Shown: positions 16,701 to 25,638, counted from the stretch's first letter. The stretch: DNA of 64,000 nucleotides from an uncultured bacterium (GCA_965368975.1 CBDUPA010000002.1:352001-416000); one strand, 5' to 3'. Numbers and translations are program-made. The notes: generated by a model from the sequence alone, not told the origin.

Positions 16701-18560
16701 CAGGACACGGCTTGGGTCCATGTCGAGTTCGCGACCGAGGCCCAGGATCTGAATGTCACTGGCTCGCTTGCCGGGGATGCCAAGGTTGGTCCTGTACGGC
16801 GCAGCGACTTTAGCTCCCTGGTGCAGCAGTTGCACGCGGCCGACCGGCTTCCCAAGCACATCTTGTACTTGCCGGCGGTACCCGTCGAGGCTCACGAAGC
16901 CGGCTCCCACGAAGCCCTCGGCAGCAGCAGAGCGGCAGATGCGATTCGTCTCTACTACCCCCTGGTCTATCTGGCACAGGCGCTGAGCGAGACCGGCGAG
17001 CTCGACGGTGTCCGCATCGGCGTGCTAGTCGACGGTGTCCTCCGCCTGCACGAGGCGGAGCCTGTTTCCCCTCTCCTGGCGACCCTGATGGCACCTTGCC
17101 TGGTCCTTCCCCAAGAGCTGGCGGGGCTGCGCTGCCTGCTGCTCGACGCTCCCACCGAGACGGCAACCTCCAAAGCGTGGGCGGGGAAGATCCTGGACGA
17201 GGTGCGAGCCCCCGTGGCCGACGATGGCATTCTGGCCGCCGTCGCCCTCCGAGGGCATCGGCGCTGGCAGGCGGATTTCAGCGCCATCCCTCTTCCAGCT
17301 TCACCAGGTCTCTCGGCAACGAACCTGCGGCCCGGCGGCACCTACATGATCACCGATGGCGTCGGCAGCCTGGGCTCGATGCTCGCACGGGCCCTGGTCG
17401 ACACCGTGACGGCCGAGGGTGGCGAAGCACCACGGCTAGCCCTGCTGACACCCGGTGAGTTCCCGCCGCCCGCGGAATGGGAGCGCATTCTGGGAGCCAG
17501 CGAGGAGACCCCTCTGCGCACCGCTGTCGAGCAGCTGCAGGCGCTGGTCGATCGAGGCGTCCAGCTACTCGTGCTGCGCGCCAGCAGTAGCGACGCGGCC
17601 GCGTTGCAGGGTGCTCTCGACCAGGTACATGAACGTTTCGGTCCCATTCACGGCGCCTTCCACACCGAGCACAGCCCCGGCGCCGGCCTGGTCGCTCTGC
17701 GCAGTGCCGACACGGCCATCGAAGTGCTGCGAGCACGAACCACGGGCATGGACAATCTTGCCGACGCTCTGGAGGCTCTGCAGAGCGGCACGCAGGGGGA
17801 GGATTCCGTCGAGCTGATCGTGCTGTGCTCGTCGATCGCTGGCATCATGGGCGGCTTCGGGCTGCTCGATCACGCTGCCTCGGCCTGCTACCTGGACGCC
17901 AGCAGCGCCACCCTGTCCGGCCGGTTCCCGCAAGCCCGGGTCCTGACACTCGATTGGGGACCCTCGCACTGGGAAGACTGGCAAGAAGCCCTGATCACCG
18001 CCGCACCCGAGCTGCGTGAACAGCTGCGACAGTCGCGTCTCAGCTACGGCCTGAGCGTCGAGGAAGGCGCCGAGGTGCTACGCCGTGGCCTCGCTAGCGG
18101 CCTGCCTCACTTGATCGTCTCGACGCAGGACCTACGAGCCGCGATCCGTAACCAGCTATCGCTCGGTCAGATGCAGAACCAGACCAACGCCGCTGGCCAA
18201 CTCGGCACCGGCTCGAGCCGTGAACACGTGGCGCCGCGCGACGAGGTCGAGGAGCAGGTGGCGGACGTCTGGCTGGAGCTGTTCGGCGTTCCACGCATCG
18301 GCATCCACGACGACTTCTTCGAGATCGGTGGTCACTCTCTGCTGGCCATCCAGGTCGTCTCCCGCTTGCGCAAGCGGCTGCAGGTCGAGCTCCCGATGCC
18401 CATTCTGTTCGAAGCTCCGACGGTCGCACAGCTCGCCGATCACGTACGTCAGCAGCAGGGCCAGCAAGAGAGCCTGGCTGAGGTCGAGGCCATGCTGGCC
18501 GAGATCGAAGGACTGAGTCTGGACGAGGTGCGGGCCGAACTGGATACTCCGGAACCCTGA
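13704..18560 (+). CDS. Type I PKS single module: KS-AT-KR(degenerate)-carrier protein
   Basis: KS: DPQQR, VQTSCST, HGTGT, KSNVGH; AT: GQGAQ, GHSVG, HAFH; KR-like ITDGVGSLG; carrier DFFEIGGHSL; GTG 13704 overlaps patatin stop. Confidence 0.93.
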   Translation: MSEESLLDIAVLAAAGRFPGAADLDQFWTNLKQGVESVRSFSHQEMLDAGVDPEQLADPNFVAAHGVLDDVDRFDAEFFGFTPREAALLDPQQRILLELGWNALEQAGYGDAGDRGRVGVFAGAGRSGYEARARAASHSGEDEGDTGDELSVSLGNASDFLPLWLSYKLDLRGPSVNVQTSCSTGLAAIHLACQSLLQRECDLALAGGISVAVPQQAGYRYQEGSILSPDGHCRPFDQDARGTVGGSGAGLVVLKRLGEALEDGDPILALIKGSAMNNDGAGKIGFTAPSIEGQAEVIAEALAVAGVDASTIDYIEAHGTGTPLGDPIEIAALRQAFEQQSSEGTTLPLGSCALGSVKSNVGHLDRAAGIAGFLKALLALHHGELPPTLHFTEPNPQLRLAETPFHVQAEITPWNSCNGTADPRVRRAGISSFGMGGTNVHVIVEEAPRAEPASVPTPAESPQLLVLSARTAAALERRCQDLDAHLQRHPDLALADVARTLQRGRRRFEHRAVLVACDVEQARQALTSEASESWMLHGPSGSHLLHTRRDEQQHREVAFLFPGQGAQHPGLGKDLLGHSEYKEQLRVCAEHLREDLRPLLPAYDGDLLRLLEDGETDSDLLARTEITQPLLFSVEYALARQWMAWGVQPVAMLGHSVGEYVAACLAGVFSLETALHLVTLRGRLMAALPTGAMLTVPLPEEELAPYLAQTEGRVELAAVNSPGACVASGTSEGVDALQRQLEADGLECRRLQTSHAFHSAMMEPILDSFRDTVAQVELQAPQKRFLSNLSGTWIRDEEAVDPDYWTRHLRSTVRFADGLSELLRDPELLLLEVGPGRTLATLARQVPLGAEAPERLLVTSMPTPKEAPERDGRDVLLHALGELWLAGVDVNWRAFRQNDSGGQGSHRRVTLPGYPFADQRHWIDIQPTDGKLQVTSTASAQVVPEKQADPAHWFYLPVLQETPPRIPGTVDTSEVDSWLLLADPARAQEVAQLRTTLQEQDTAWVHVEFATEAQDLNVTGSLAGDAKVGPVRRSDFSSLVQQLHAADRLPKHILYLPAVPVEAHEAGSHEALGSSRAADAIRLYYPLVYLAQALSETGELDGVRIGVLVDGVLRLHEAEPVSPLLATLMAPCLVLPQELAGLRCLLLDAPTETATSKAWAGKILDEVRAPVADDGILAAVALRGHRRWQADFSAIPLPASPGLSATNLRPGGTYMITDGVGSLGSMLARALVDTVTAEGGEAPRLALLTPGEFPPPAEWERILGASEETPLRTAVEQLQALVDRGVQLLVLRASSSDAAALQGALDQVHERFGPIHGAFHTEHSPGAGLVALRSADTAIEVLRARTTGMDNLADALEALQSGTQGEDSVELIVLCSSIAGIMGGFGLLDHAASACYLDASSATLSGRFPQARVLTLDWGPSHWEDWQEALITAAPELREQLRQSRLSYGLSVEEGAEVLRRGLASGLPHLIVSTQDLRAAIRNQLSLGQMQNQTNAAGQLGTGSSREHVAPRDEVEEQVADVWLELFGVPRIGIHDDFFEIGGHSLLAIQVVSRLRKRLQVELPMPILFEAPTVAQLADHVRQQQGQQESLAEVEAMLAEIEGLSLDEVRAELDTPEP

Positions 18561-18587
18561 ACTGCGCTGGACGAAGCTACACGCGTC

Positions 18588-19808
18588 ATGGACGACCTGC
18601 AACAGCGACTGGCCTCGCTGGCCCCGGAGCAACGGCGACTGCTGGAGAAACGCCTGAAGCAAAAGGGTCTCGACCAGGCCTTACAAACTCCCACTCAGCC
18701 GCCCGCACATCACGTGGTCATCGAGGCTCCGGGCGAGGCCCCGGATCCTGCCGTGATCGCGGACCGGACGATGGCCTTCAGCCTCTTCTTCTTCTCCGGT
18801 GATGGCTCTTCGAACCGCGATGACAAGTACGACCTGCTGCTCGAAGCAGCTCGCTTCGGCGACCAGCACGGCTACACCGCGGTGTGGACGCCGGAACGCC
18901 ATTTCCAGGACTTCGGTGGCCTCTATCCCAACCCTGCCGTCGTCGGTGCTGCTCTCGCCGCGGTAACCGAGAACATCCAGATCCGCGCCGGCAGTGTCGC
19001 GGTCCCTCTGCATGACCCGATCCGCATCGCGGAAGAGTGGTCGGTGGTCGACAATTTGTCCAAGGGCCGCGTCGCGCTGTCCGTGGCGTCCGGTTGGTAT
19101 CCGCGAGATTTCGCCCTGGCGCCCGACAAGTTCGAGAATCGCAAGGCGATCCTGTACGAGACTCTGGACGTGCTCCAGCATCTCTGGTCCGGCGGCACTG
19201 TCCGCCGGGCGATCCCCGGCGGCGAAGAACTCGACCTCGGTATCCTGCCGCGCCCGCTGCAAGCGGAACTCAAGTTCTGGATCGCGATCTCCGGCAACCC
19301 GGAATCCTGGGCCCAAGCCGGCGAGATCGGCGCCAACGTGCTGACCGGCCTGCTCAATCAGCCCTTCGATGAGCTCGCCGAGAAAATCGAAATCTACCAC
19401 CGCAGTCTCGAAGCCCACGGCCACGATCCCGCCGACAAGGTCATCTCGGTGATGCTGCACACCTGCGTGGGCACTGACACCGAGGAGGTCAAGGAACTCG
19501 TGCGCGAACCCCTGACCGAGTACTTCAGCACCTACTTGACGCAGCACGAGAGCTTGAGCCTGGCCGGGGAGTCCGTGAGCCCCGAGGAGAAGCGTGCGCT
19601 GATGGAAGTCTCCTTCGAGCGCTACTTCTACTCACGCACCCTCTGCGGCTCCGTCGACACCTGCTCCCAGCTCGTCGAGCGCCTGCTCGCCATCGGTGTC
19701 AACGAGGTCGCCTGCCTACTCGACTACGGCCTCGACGTCGAAGCAACACTGGCGAGCCTCGAGCACCTGAATGTGCTCAAAGAGCGCTTCGCGGTACCGC
19801 GCAAGTGA
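18588..19808 (+). CDS. MupA-type luciferase-like flavin monooxygenase with N-terminal docking helix
   Basis: FSLFFFS, AVWTPERHF, FGGLYPNP, RIAEEWSVVDNLSKGRV, GVNEVACLLDYG; N-terminus LASLAPEQRRLLEKRL. Confidence 0.9.
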   Translation: MDDLQQRLASLAPEQRRLLEKRLKQKGLDQALQTPTQPPAHHVVIEAPGEAPDPAVIADRTMAFSLFFFSGDGSSNRDDKYDLLLEAARFGDQHGYTAVWTPERHFQDFGGLYPNPAVVGAALAAVTENIQIRAGSVAVPLHDPIRIAEEWSVVDNLSKGRVALSVASGWYPRDFALAPDKFENRKAILYETLDVLQHLWSGGTVRRAIPGGEELDLGILPRPLQAELKFWIAISGNPESWAQAGEIGANVLTGLLNQPFDELAEKIEIYHRSLEAHGHDPADKVISVMLHTCVGTDTEEVKELVREPLTEYFSTYLTQHESLSLAGESVSPEEKRALMEVSFERYFYSRTLCGSVDTCSQLVERLLAIGVNEVACLLDYGLDVEATLASLEHLNVLKERFAVPRK

Positions 19809-19863
19809 CCCCAAGAACCCTCAGCAGGAATGACTACCGAGTACTGAGCACGGGTAGGTCTGC

Positions 19864-20331
19864 TCAAGGATTGGCACCGGAATTCACCTCCAGTAACTGC
19901 TCCAAGTCCACTCGATCTTGCCCGCGATTCGCCGATCGCTTGGCGGCAATCAGATCTTCGAGCGAGAGGTACTGCCCTGCGGCAGCGCCATACTGCCCTT
20001 CCACCCGCCGATCCCAAGCAGCCTGAAAGTCGGCGACACCCTGAAGACCTGAGATCAGGTCGATTCTGGTTGGCGCTACGCCTAGCTGGACTACCGAATC
20101 CAGATTGCACAGATCCTCGATCGTCAAGCCGAGGTCGTAACCACCAAAGAACTCGCGGATCACCTCTAGTACGAGCACTGCATTCTGCTCTGACGATTCG
20201 ATGTAGAGGTCCAAGTCCTTGGTCGCTCGCGGCTGTGCATAGAAGGCCACCGCGTGCGCGCCGACGATCAGATACTTAGCCCCACGGGCGTTCAATAACG
20301 CGACAAACTCTTCGTAGTCGGGGGAGTTCAT
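19864..20331 (-). CDS. Nucleotidyltransferase-fold protein (toxin-antitoxin-like)
   Basis: YLIVGAHAVAFYAQPRATKDLD and LIAAKRSANRGQDRVD motifs. Confidence 0.8.
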   Translation of the reverse strand: MNSPDYEEFVALLNARGAKYLIVGAHAVAFYAQPRATKDLDLYIESSEQNAVLVLEVIREFFGGYDLGLTIEDLCNLDSVVQLGVAPTRIDLISGLQGVADFQAAWDRRVEGQYGAAAGQYLSLEDLIAAKRSANRGQDRVDLEQLLEVNSGANP

Positions 20332-20515
20332 GGATCCCTTGGGTCTTGAGCGTGCTGAGTAAGCAGGCTCCCACAGCATTGACACGCTGAGCCGGCGTCA
20401 TGGACTGCCAGAACCGGAAGTCCTCCTCGGCCTCTAGCTCCCGCGGAACGACTTTCGCCGTCCAAAGACGGCCGCGCTTGTCTGTCGCTTGGCCGCGAAT
20501 CTCAACTTTCGCCAT
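20276..20515 (-). CDS. Small partner protein of the nucleotidyltransferase
   Basis: Strong SD TAAGGAGGT; DFRFWQSMTPAQRV motif; overlaps the NTase start by 56 nt. Confidence 0.7.
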   Translation of the reverse strand: MAKVEIRGQATDKRGRLWTAKVVPRELEAEEDFRFWQSMTPAQRVNAVGACLLSTLKTQGIHELPRLRRVCRVIERPWG

Positions 20516-20568
20516 CAGCTTACCTCCTTACCAAGCCCGATTTCTGCAGGATACCAAGCGAGGAGAGT

Positions 20569-21987
20569 TTACTGCCAGTCGATCAAGTACGGCGGCACCA
20601 TGAGCAGCACCGCAAGCAGGAAGAAGATGGCTTGTAGAGGCAGGATCCAGCGTGCCCACTTCGCCCAGTCGACCTCGGCCAGCGTCAGCACGCCCATGGT
20701 GACGGCGGAGGTCGGGATGATCAGGTTGCTGAAGCCATCCCCGAACTCGAAGGCGAGCACGGCGGTCTGACGGGTGACACCGGCGAGATCGGCGAGTGGG
20801 GCCATGATCGGCATGGTCAGCGCCGCCTGGCCGCTGCCCGAGGGCATGACGAAGTTGATGACGGTCTGGACGACCACCATCAGCTGACTGGTGACGATTG
20901 GGTGGAACTGCCCGATGATGCCGGCCAGGCTGTGCAGAATCGTGTCGATGATGCGACCCTCGGTCGCGAGGACCAGGATGCTCTGCGCCAAGGCGATCAC
21001 CAGCGCGGTCGCGACGAGATCCTTGGCACCGGTGACAAAGGAGTCACTGATCTCACTTAGACGCAAGCCTCCGAGGAGACCAGCGGCGAGTGCGATCGAC
21101 AGGAAGATGCCGGCGATTTCTTCGATGTACCAGCCTTCGACGGCGACTCCGTAGACCAAGACGAGCATGCCAGCAGCAAAGCTGAGTAAGACCGCGATAT
21201 GGCGGTGATCCATGGCGGTGCTTTCCGCGACGCTCGTAGGCTCGTCCGGGCTCAGCATGTGCAGAGTGGCTCGGCGTTTCTCGTCCTGCTCGTAGGTGGG
21301 ACTGGTTTCAGGCCTCTTGGCGATGCGCGCGGCGTAGGCCATGACGAAGACGATGGCGGCGGTCGTGACCACCGACCATACGATCAGGCGGTAGCCAAAG
21401 CCGGAAGCGGGCGGCAGTTCGGCGATGGTCTGCGCGATCTGGACAGTGAAGGGATTGAAGAAGGCTCCCGCGAAGCCGGCCCCGGCGCCGATGAAGGGAA
21501 TCGCGACGCCGACGATCGAGTCATAACCGAGGGCCAGCGCCAGCGGGACGAAGATCAGGACGAAAGGGATGACTTCTTCACTCATTCCGAAGACGGCGCC
21601 AGCAAGCGAGAAAAGCAGCATGAAGATGGGAATCGCGCCCCGACGGACGGCCGCGGAGCGGTGACTGGCACGCACGACGGCTCGAATCGCGGCGTCGATG
21701 GCACGGGTGCGATGCAGCACACCGAAGGCACCCCCGACCAGCAGGACGAACCCGATGACGTCCGCCTTGCCTTGGAAGCCGCGTATCGGTGCCAGCAGAA
21801 CCGCGTCGAGCCCCTGCGGGTGGCGGGGAACCGATGCGAAGCTCTCCGGATCGACCACGGAACGGCCAGCCTTCTCGACACGCTGGTACTCGCCCCCGGG
21901 CAGTACCCAGGTCAGCAACGCCACCAGGACCAGGAAGCCACTCAGCAAGACGAAGGTATTGGGTGCACGCAGCCGTCGTAGATCCAT
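20569..21987 (-). CDS. yfcC: YfcC family (ion transporter superfamily) antiporter/permease
   Basis: LTWVLPGGEY, FGMSEE, NPFTVQIAQ, PSGSGQAALTMPIMAPL, FGDG; multi-TM. Confidence 0.88.
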   Translation of the reverse strand: MDLRRLRAPNTFVLLSGFLVLVALLTWVLPGGEYQRVEKAGRSVVDPESFASVPRHPQGLDAVLLAPIRGFQGKADVIGFVLLVGGAFGVLHRTRAIDAAIRAVVRASHRSAAVRRGAIPIFMLLFSLAGAVFGMSEEVIPFVLIFVPLALALGYDSIVGVAIPFIGAGAGFAGAFFNPFTVQIAQTIAELPPASGFGYRLIVWSVVTTAAIVFVMAYAARIAKRPETSPTYEQDEKRRATLHMLSPDEPTSVAESTAMDHRHIAVLLSFAAGMLVLVYGVAVEGWYIEEIAGIFLSIALAAGLLGGLRLSEISDSFVTGAKDLVATALVIALAQSILVLATEGRIIDTILHSLAGIIGQFHPIVTSQLMVVVQTVINFVMPSGSGQAALTMPIMAPLADLAGVTRQTAVLAFEFGDGFSNLIIPTSAVTMGVLTLAEVDWAKWARWILPLQAIFFLLAVLLMVPPYLIDWQ

Positions 21988-22037
21988 CGGCTCAAGATAT
22001 CAGCTCGACGAAGGTCCAGCTGCCGCTGGATAGCTCG

Positions 22038-24242
22038 TCAGGAGGGTGCCGGCAACTCGAGCGTGAAAACCGTGCCGCTCGGCTTGTTGTCTTCGACGCG
22101 GATGCGGCCGTAGTGGTCGCTGACGGTCCGGTGGACAATCGCCAGCCCGAGGCCGGTGCCACGCCCCTTGGTGGAGAAGTAAGGCAGGAAGAGCTTCTTC
22201 TTGTCCTCCGGCGAGATCCCGCAACCCGTGTCGGCCACGTGGATCTGCAGCACACCGTCGCGCTGTTCGGCACTGACCTCGACGGACCCCGGTGCCTCGG
22301 TGGCTTCCAGGGCGTTGTCCAGCAGGTTGATCAGTGCACCCTTGAGCTGCTCAGGATCGGCCACCGCTTCGCGTGCTTCCGGTTCGAGGCGGCAGCGAAT
22401 CTCGACACCCTCCTTGAGTCCCTCGTACAGGCGCAGGGTCTCTTCCAGCAACTTGGCTAGATCCAGCTTGGTCGGCTGCGGCTGTGGCATGCGGGCAAAG
22501 CGGGAGAATTCATCGACCAACGACTGCATGGTGTCGACTTCGCGTCCGATGATCGCCACCGAGTCTTCGAGCGCTTGGCCGAGATCCTCGTGCCCCTGGC
22601 GGTGCTTGCGGAGCAGACGCTCGGCCGACAGCTTGATCGGCGTGAGCGGATTCTTGATCTCGTGCGCGATGCGTCGCGCAGCCTCACTCCAGGCTGCCAA
22701 CTTCTGCGCCTTGATCAGCTCGGTGAGATCTTCGAGCACGATCACTTGGCCGTTGAAGCGACCGTCGCCATCGAGCATGGGGGTGACGGTCACCTCGAAG
22801 GTCTTCCACTCCCCCTGCAATAGCATCTGGAGCTGACGACTCGTGCCGCGTTCCTGTGGCGTCTCTTCGAGCAATGCCGCCAACTTGCCGCGCTCGGGAT
22901 CAGCCCAGGCCTCAGCGGCCGTGGCACCGCGGATGTCCTTGCGCTGGCGGAGCATGGCGCGGGCGGCACCATTGCTACTGAACACCCGGCCGTCGCGGTC
23001 CAGGGACACGACACCCGCCGGCACGTTCTGCAGTACGGCAGCGATCAGCGCCCGTTCTTCGGCCTGGCGCTGGTTGATCGCGACCAGCTCGCGGTTGCCA
23101 CGTTCCAGCAACTCACGGTTGCGTTCCAGCTCGGCCGCCATACGGTTGAAGGCGTCGACCAGCACTCCCAGCTCGTCATCGGCATCGACCTCGACGCGGT
23201 GCTGTAGATCACCGCTGATGATGCGACGCATCCCGGCGGCCAGCGCCTGAATCGGCACCGTGACGCGGCGCGCCAGGTACAGCCCCACCCACGAGGAGGC
23301 GAAGAGAATGAGCAAGGTCGCCATCAGGAAGAGGAGCAGATGACTGGCCTTGATCTCTTCCTTCTGCACCACGAGCTGTTGGTGGGACTGGTAGGCCGTG
23401 ATCAGTTCCGCGAGTTGGTTGGAGAGGGGGGTGCCGAGAACCGAGGCGACCACCACGATCAACTGCGGTCGCTCGGGGTCGACCTGGCGCGCCTGAGCCG
23501 CCACCATCAAGCGACCCTCGACACCGGTCAGCGCCTGCACGCGGGTCGCTTGACCCTCGCGCATGGTGCGGCGCAGGAAGTTCCACTCCGGCTCGGGCAA
23601 GTCGGCGATGCCGGTCTGCGGACTGACGACGGCGACCAAGAAGTCGGTCCCCTCGTACACCGAGATCATGTCCAAGCCGGCGGTTTCCAGCTGCTGCTGC
23701 AGGCGCTGGTTCACTTCCGAGGAGTTGCGTGCCAGGTCGTCCGTCCCCAGACGCAGCAGGTCGTCCATGACTTGCGACGCCGCACGCAGGTTGTCTGCCT
23801 CGATGCGCCGCAGATAGGTCTCCGCCACGGTGTGTGCCGTCTGCACGACTTGCTGCAGCGGCACGTTGAACCAGCGCTCGATCGAGCCTTCGAGCAGCTG
23901 GTACGCGAAGAAGAACATCAGTACCACGGGCCCCAGCGACAGTCCGATGTAGGTGGCCATCAACTTGGTCTTGAGCTTCGAGCCGAGGATGCGGTGCTTG
24001 CGTTCGACCAGCAACTTAAAAAGATTGCGCAATAGCACAAAGAGAAGCGCCAAGATGAGCACCACGTTGGCGTACCAGAGCGCGAACAACAGCACGCGGT
24101 TCTCGCTCAGGCGCGCTTCTAGCCCGCGACTGCGCAGCAAGAAGACGAAGAGGCCGCTGAAGACGACCAGCAGCAGCGCCAGGGCGCCGACGACCCAGCG
24201 GGCGTCGTTGCTGCGGCGGCGGAATGCCTGTCTCAGTCCCAT
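22038..24242 (-). CDS. NtrY-like sensor histidine kinase (TM-HAMP-PAS-HisKA-HATPase)
   Basis: AAWSEAARRIAHEIKNPLTPI H-box, NLLDNA, DTGCG, FLPYFSTKGRGTGLGL; HAMP DELGVL. Confidence 0.92.
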   Translation of the reverse strand: MGLRQAFRRRSNDARWVVGALALLLVVFSGLFVFLLRSRGLEARLSENRVLLFALWYANVVLILALLFVLLRNLFKLLVERKHRILGSKLKTKLMATYIGLSLGPVVLMFFFAYQLLEGSIERWFNVPLQQVVQTAHTVAETYLRRIEADNLRAASQVMDDLLRLGTDDLARNSSEVNQRLQQQLETAGLDMISVYEGTDFLVAVVSPQTGIADLPEPEWNFLRRTMREGQATRVQALTGVEGRLMVAAQARQVDPERPQLIVVVASVLGTPLSNQLAELITAYQSHQQLVVQKEEIKASHLLLFLMATLLILFASSWVGLYLARRVTVPIQALAAGMRRIISGDLQHRVEVDADDELGVLVDAFNRMAAELERNRELLERGNRELVAINQRQAEERALIAAVLQNVPAGVVSLDRDGRVFSSNGAARAMLRQRKDIRGATAAEAWADPERGKLAALLEETPQERGTSRQLQMLLQGEWKTFEVTVTPMLDGDGRFNGQVIVLEDLTELIKAQKLAAWSEAARRIAHEIKNPLTPIKLSAERLLRKHRQGHEDLGQALEDSVAIIGREVDTMQSLVDEFSRFARMPQPQPTKLDLAKLLEETLRLYEGLKEGVEIRCRLEPEAREAVADPEQLKGALINLLDNALEATEAPGSVEVSAEQRDGVLQIHVADTGCGISPEDKKKLFLPYFSTKGRGTGLGLAIVHRTVSDHYGRIRVEDNKPSGTVFTLELPAPS

Positions 24243-24253
24243 AGCGGTTCGGC

Positions 24254-24907
24254 TCAGAAGTTGCGCGCCGTGTTGCCGGATGCAACGTTGCCGGATTCCG
24301 GGCTTCGAGCTGGCGCGGCGACTGAAGTGCTTTCCCAATTCGTGGTCACTCGCACCGGGATCATGGACATCATGGTGCGCGAGCCGACCTCCGCGCGCAC
24401 GCGTACCCTCAGATCATCGTCAGCGGTGGGCAGCTCTTCCTCGGTCAGCTCGAAAGCGGCGAGTTCTTCCACGCGTGTCATCGCCGTACGCAGCTCGTCC
24501 AGGCCCTGGACGACGCGGGTGGCGACCAGCTTTCGATTCAACTTGTAGTGCACGGTGTATTCGAAGGTCAGCGGGTTGTATTGCGCGCTGGTCTCGACCG
24601 TCGTGCTGCGGACACCTCGATCCCAATACCAGCGATTGCGCACTAGCCGTAGCTCGAAGGTGAACCCGGTTGACAGGCCACTCTCGACCCGCTCGCGTAC
24701 CTGCTCGTCGAAGGCGTGTTCGAGACGGAAAGACACGAGAATCCTCGGCCCCTCGAAGGTCGCACGCAGGCCAGCGATGTATGCCTCTGGCTCTTCCTCG
24801 GCCCGCAGGACCGACGGTGCGCACAGCAAAGCCAGGACCAGACTCAGCAGGCCGAACAGACGGTAACGCCTGCTTCCGAAACTTCCGGTGGCAGAACTGC
24901 GGATCAC
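24254..24907 (-). CDS. DUF4390-like secreted protein (start uncertain)
   Basis: Signal peptide, ERVESGL..F, YNPLTFEY; sits directly upstream of an NtrY-like kinase, the usual DUF4390 position. Confidence 0.7.
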   Translation of the reverse strand: MIRSSATGSFGSRRYRLFGLLSLVLALLCAPSVLRAEEEPEAYIAGLRATFEGPRILVSFRLEHAFDEQVRERVESGLSTGFTFELRLVRNRWYWDRGVRSTTVETSAQYNPLTFEYTVHYKLNRKLVATRVVQGLDELRTAMTRVEELAAFELTEEELPTADDDLRVRVRAEVGSRTMMSMIPVRVTTNWESTSVAAPARSPESGNVASGNTARNF

Positions 24908-25154
24908 AAGTTGTTTGGCCTCTGAATGGCCGCTGGATCGACCCGGTGTTGGGTCGGGGCAAGAACGGACATGAGTTCGACGTGACACCCGATCTCGACT
25001 GGACATCCGAATTCACCGCTTTGTGTCGTGTAGACTACAGTTTCCAACCGCCGGGCGCTACTCGACTTCCGGCTGTTCTCTGATCTGGCTTGCCAGCACG
25101 CTTCCGTTCCCGATCCAAGCCGTTCCGTTCACCGCCTCACTCTCAGTAGAACCC

Positions 25155-25628
25155 ATGGCCAAGGCAAAGTCTTCCGAACCGCGGATACTGGCGCGCAACC
25201 GCAAGGCGCTGCACGACTACGAGGTGCTGGAGTCGGTCGAGGCCGGTATCCAACTGACCGGCGCGGAGGTCAAGTCCGCGCGGCAGGGACGCGTGCAGCT
25301 CAAAGAGAGCCATGTCGAGATCATCGACGGCCAAGCCTACCTGATCGGGGCTCACATCAGTCCGTACAGCCACAGTACCCACGACCTGCCGCAGGCGGAG
25401 CGACGCCGGAAGCTACTACTGCACCGCCGTCAAATCGACAAGTTCTTCGGTCGCTCGCTGCAGAAGGGCCTGACCGTCGTGCCGCTGTCCATGTACCTCA
25501 AGGGTCCCTGGATCAAGCTCGATATCGCCCTGGTGCAGGGCAAGAAGCTGTACGACAAACGGCAGGCCGAGAGACGCAAGACCCTCGACGCTGAGGCGCG
25601 CGAGGCGATCAAGCAACAGCGCTGGTGA
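25155..25628 (+). CDS. smpB: SsrA-binding protein
   Basis: NRKALHDYEV, EAGIQLTGAEVKS, RKLLLH, GKKLYDKR. Confidence 0.96.
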   Translation: MAKAKSSEPRILARNRKALHDYEVLESVEAGIQLTGAEVKSARQGRVQLKESHVEIIDGQAYLIGAHISPYSHSTHDLPQAERRRKLLLHRRQIDKFFGRSLQKGLTVVPLSMYLKGPWIKLDIALVQGKKLYDKRQAERRKTLDAEAREAIKQQRW

Positions 25629-25638
25629 GCGCTGCCGG

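Noticed and set aside
25006-25155. tmRNA next to smpB
   Set aside because: Gap too short and lacks the tRNA-like ends of ssrA
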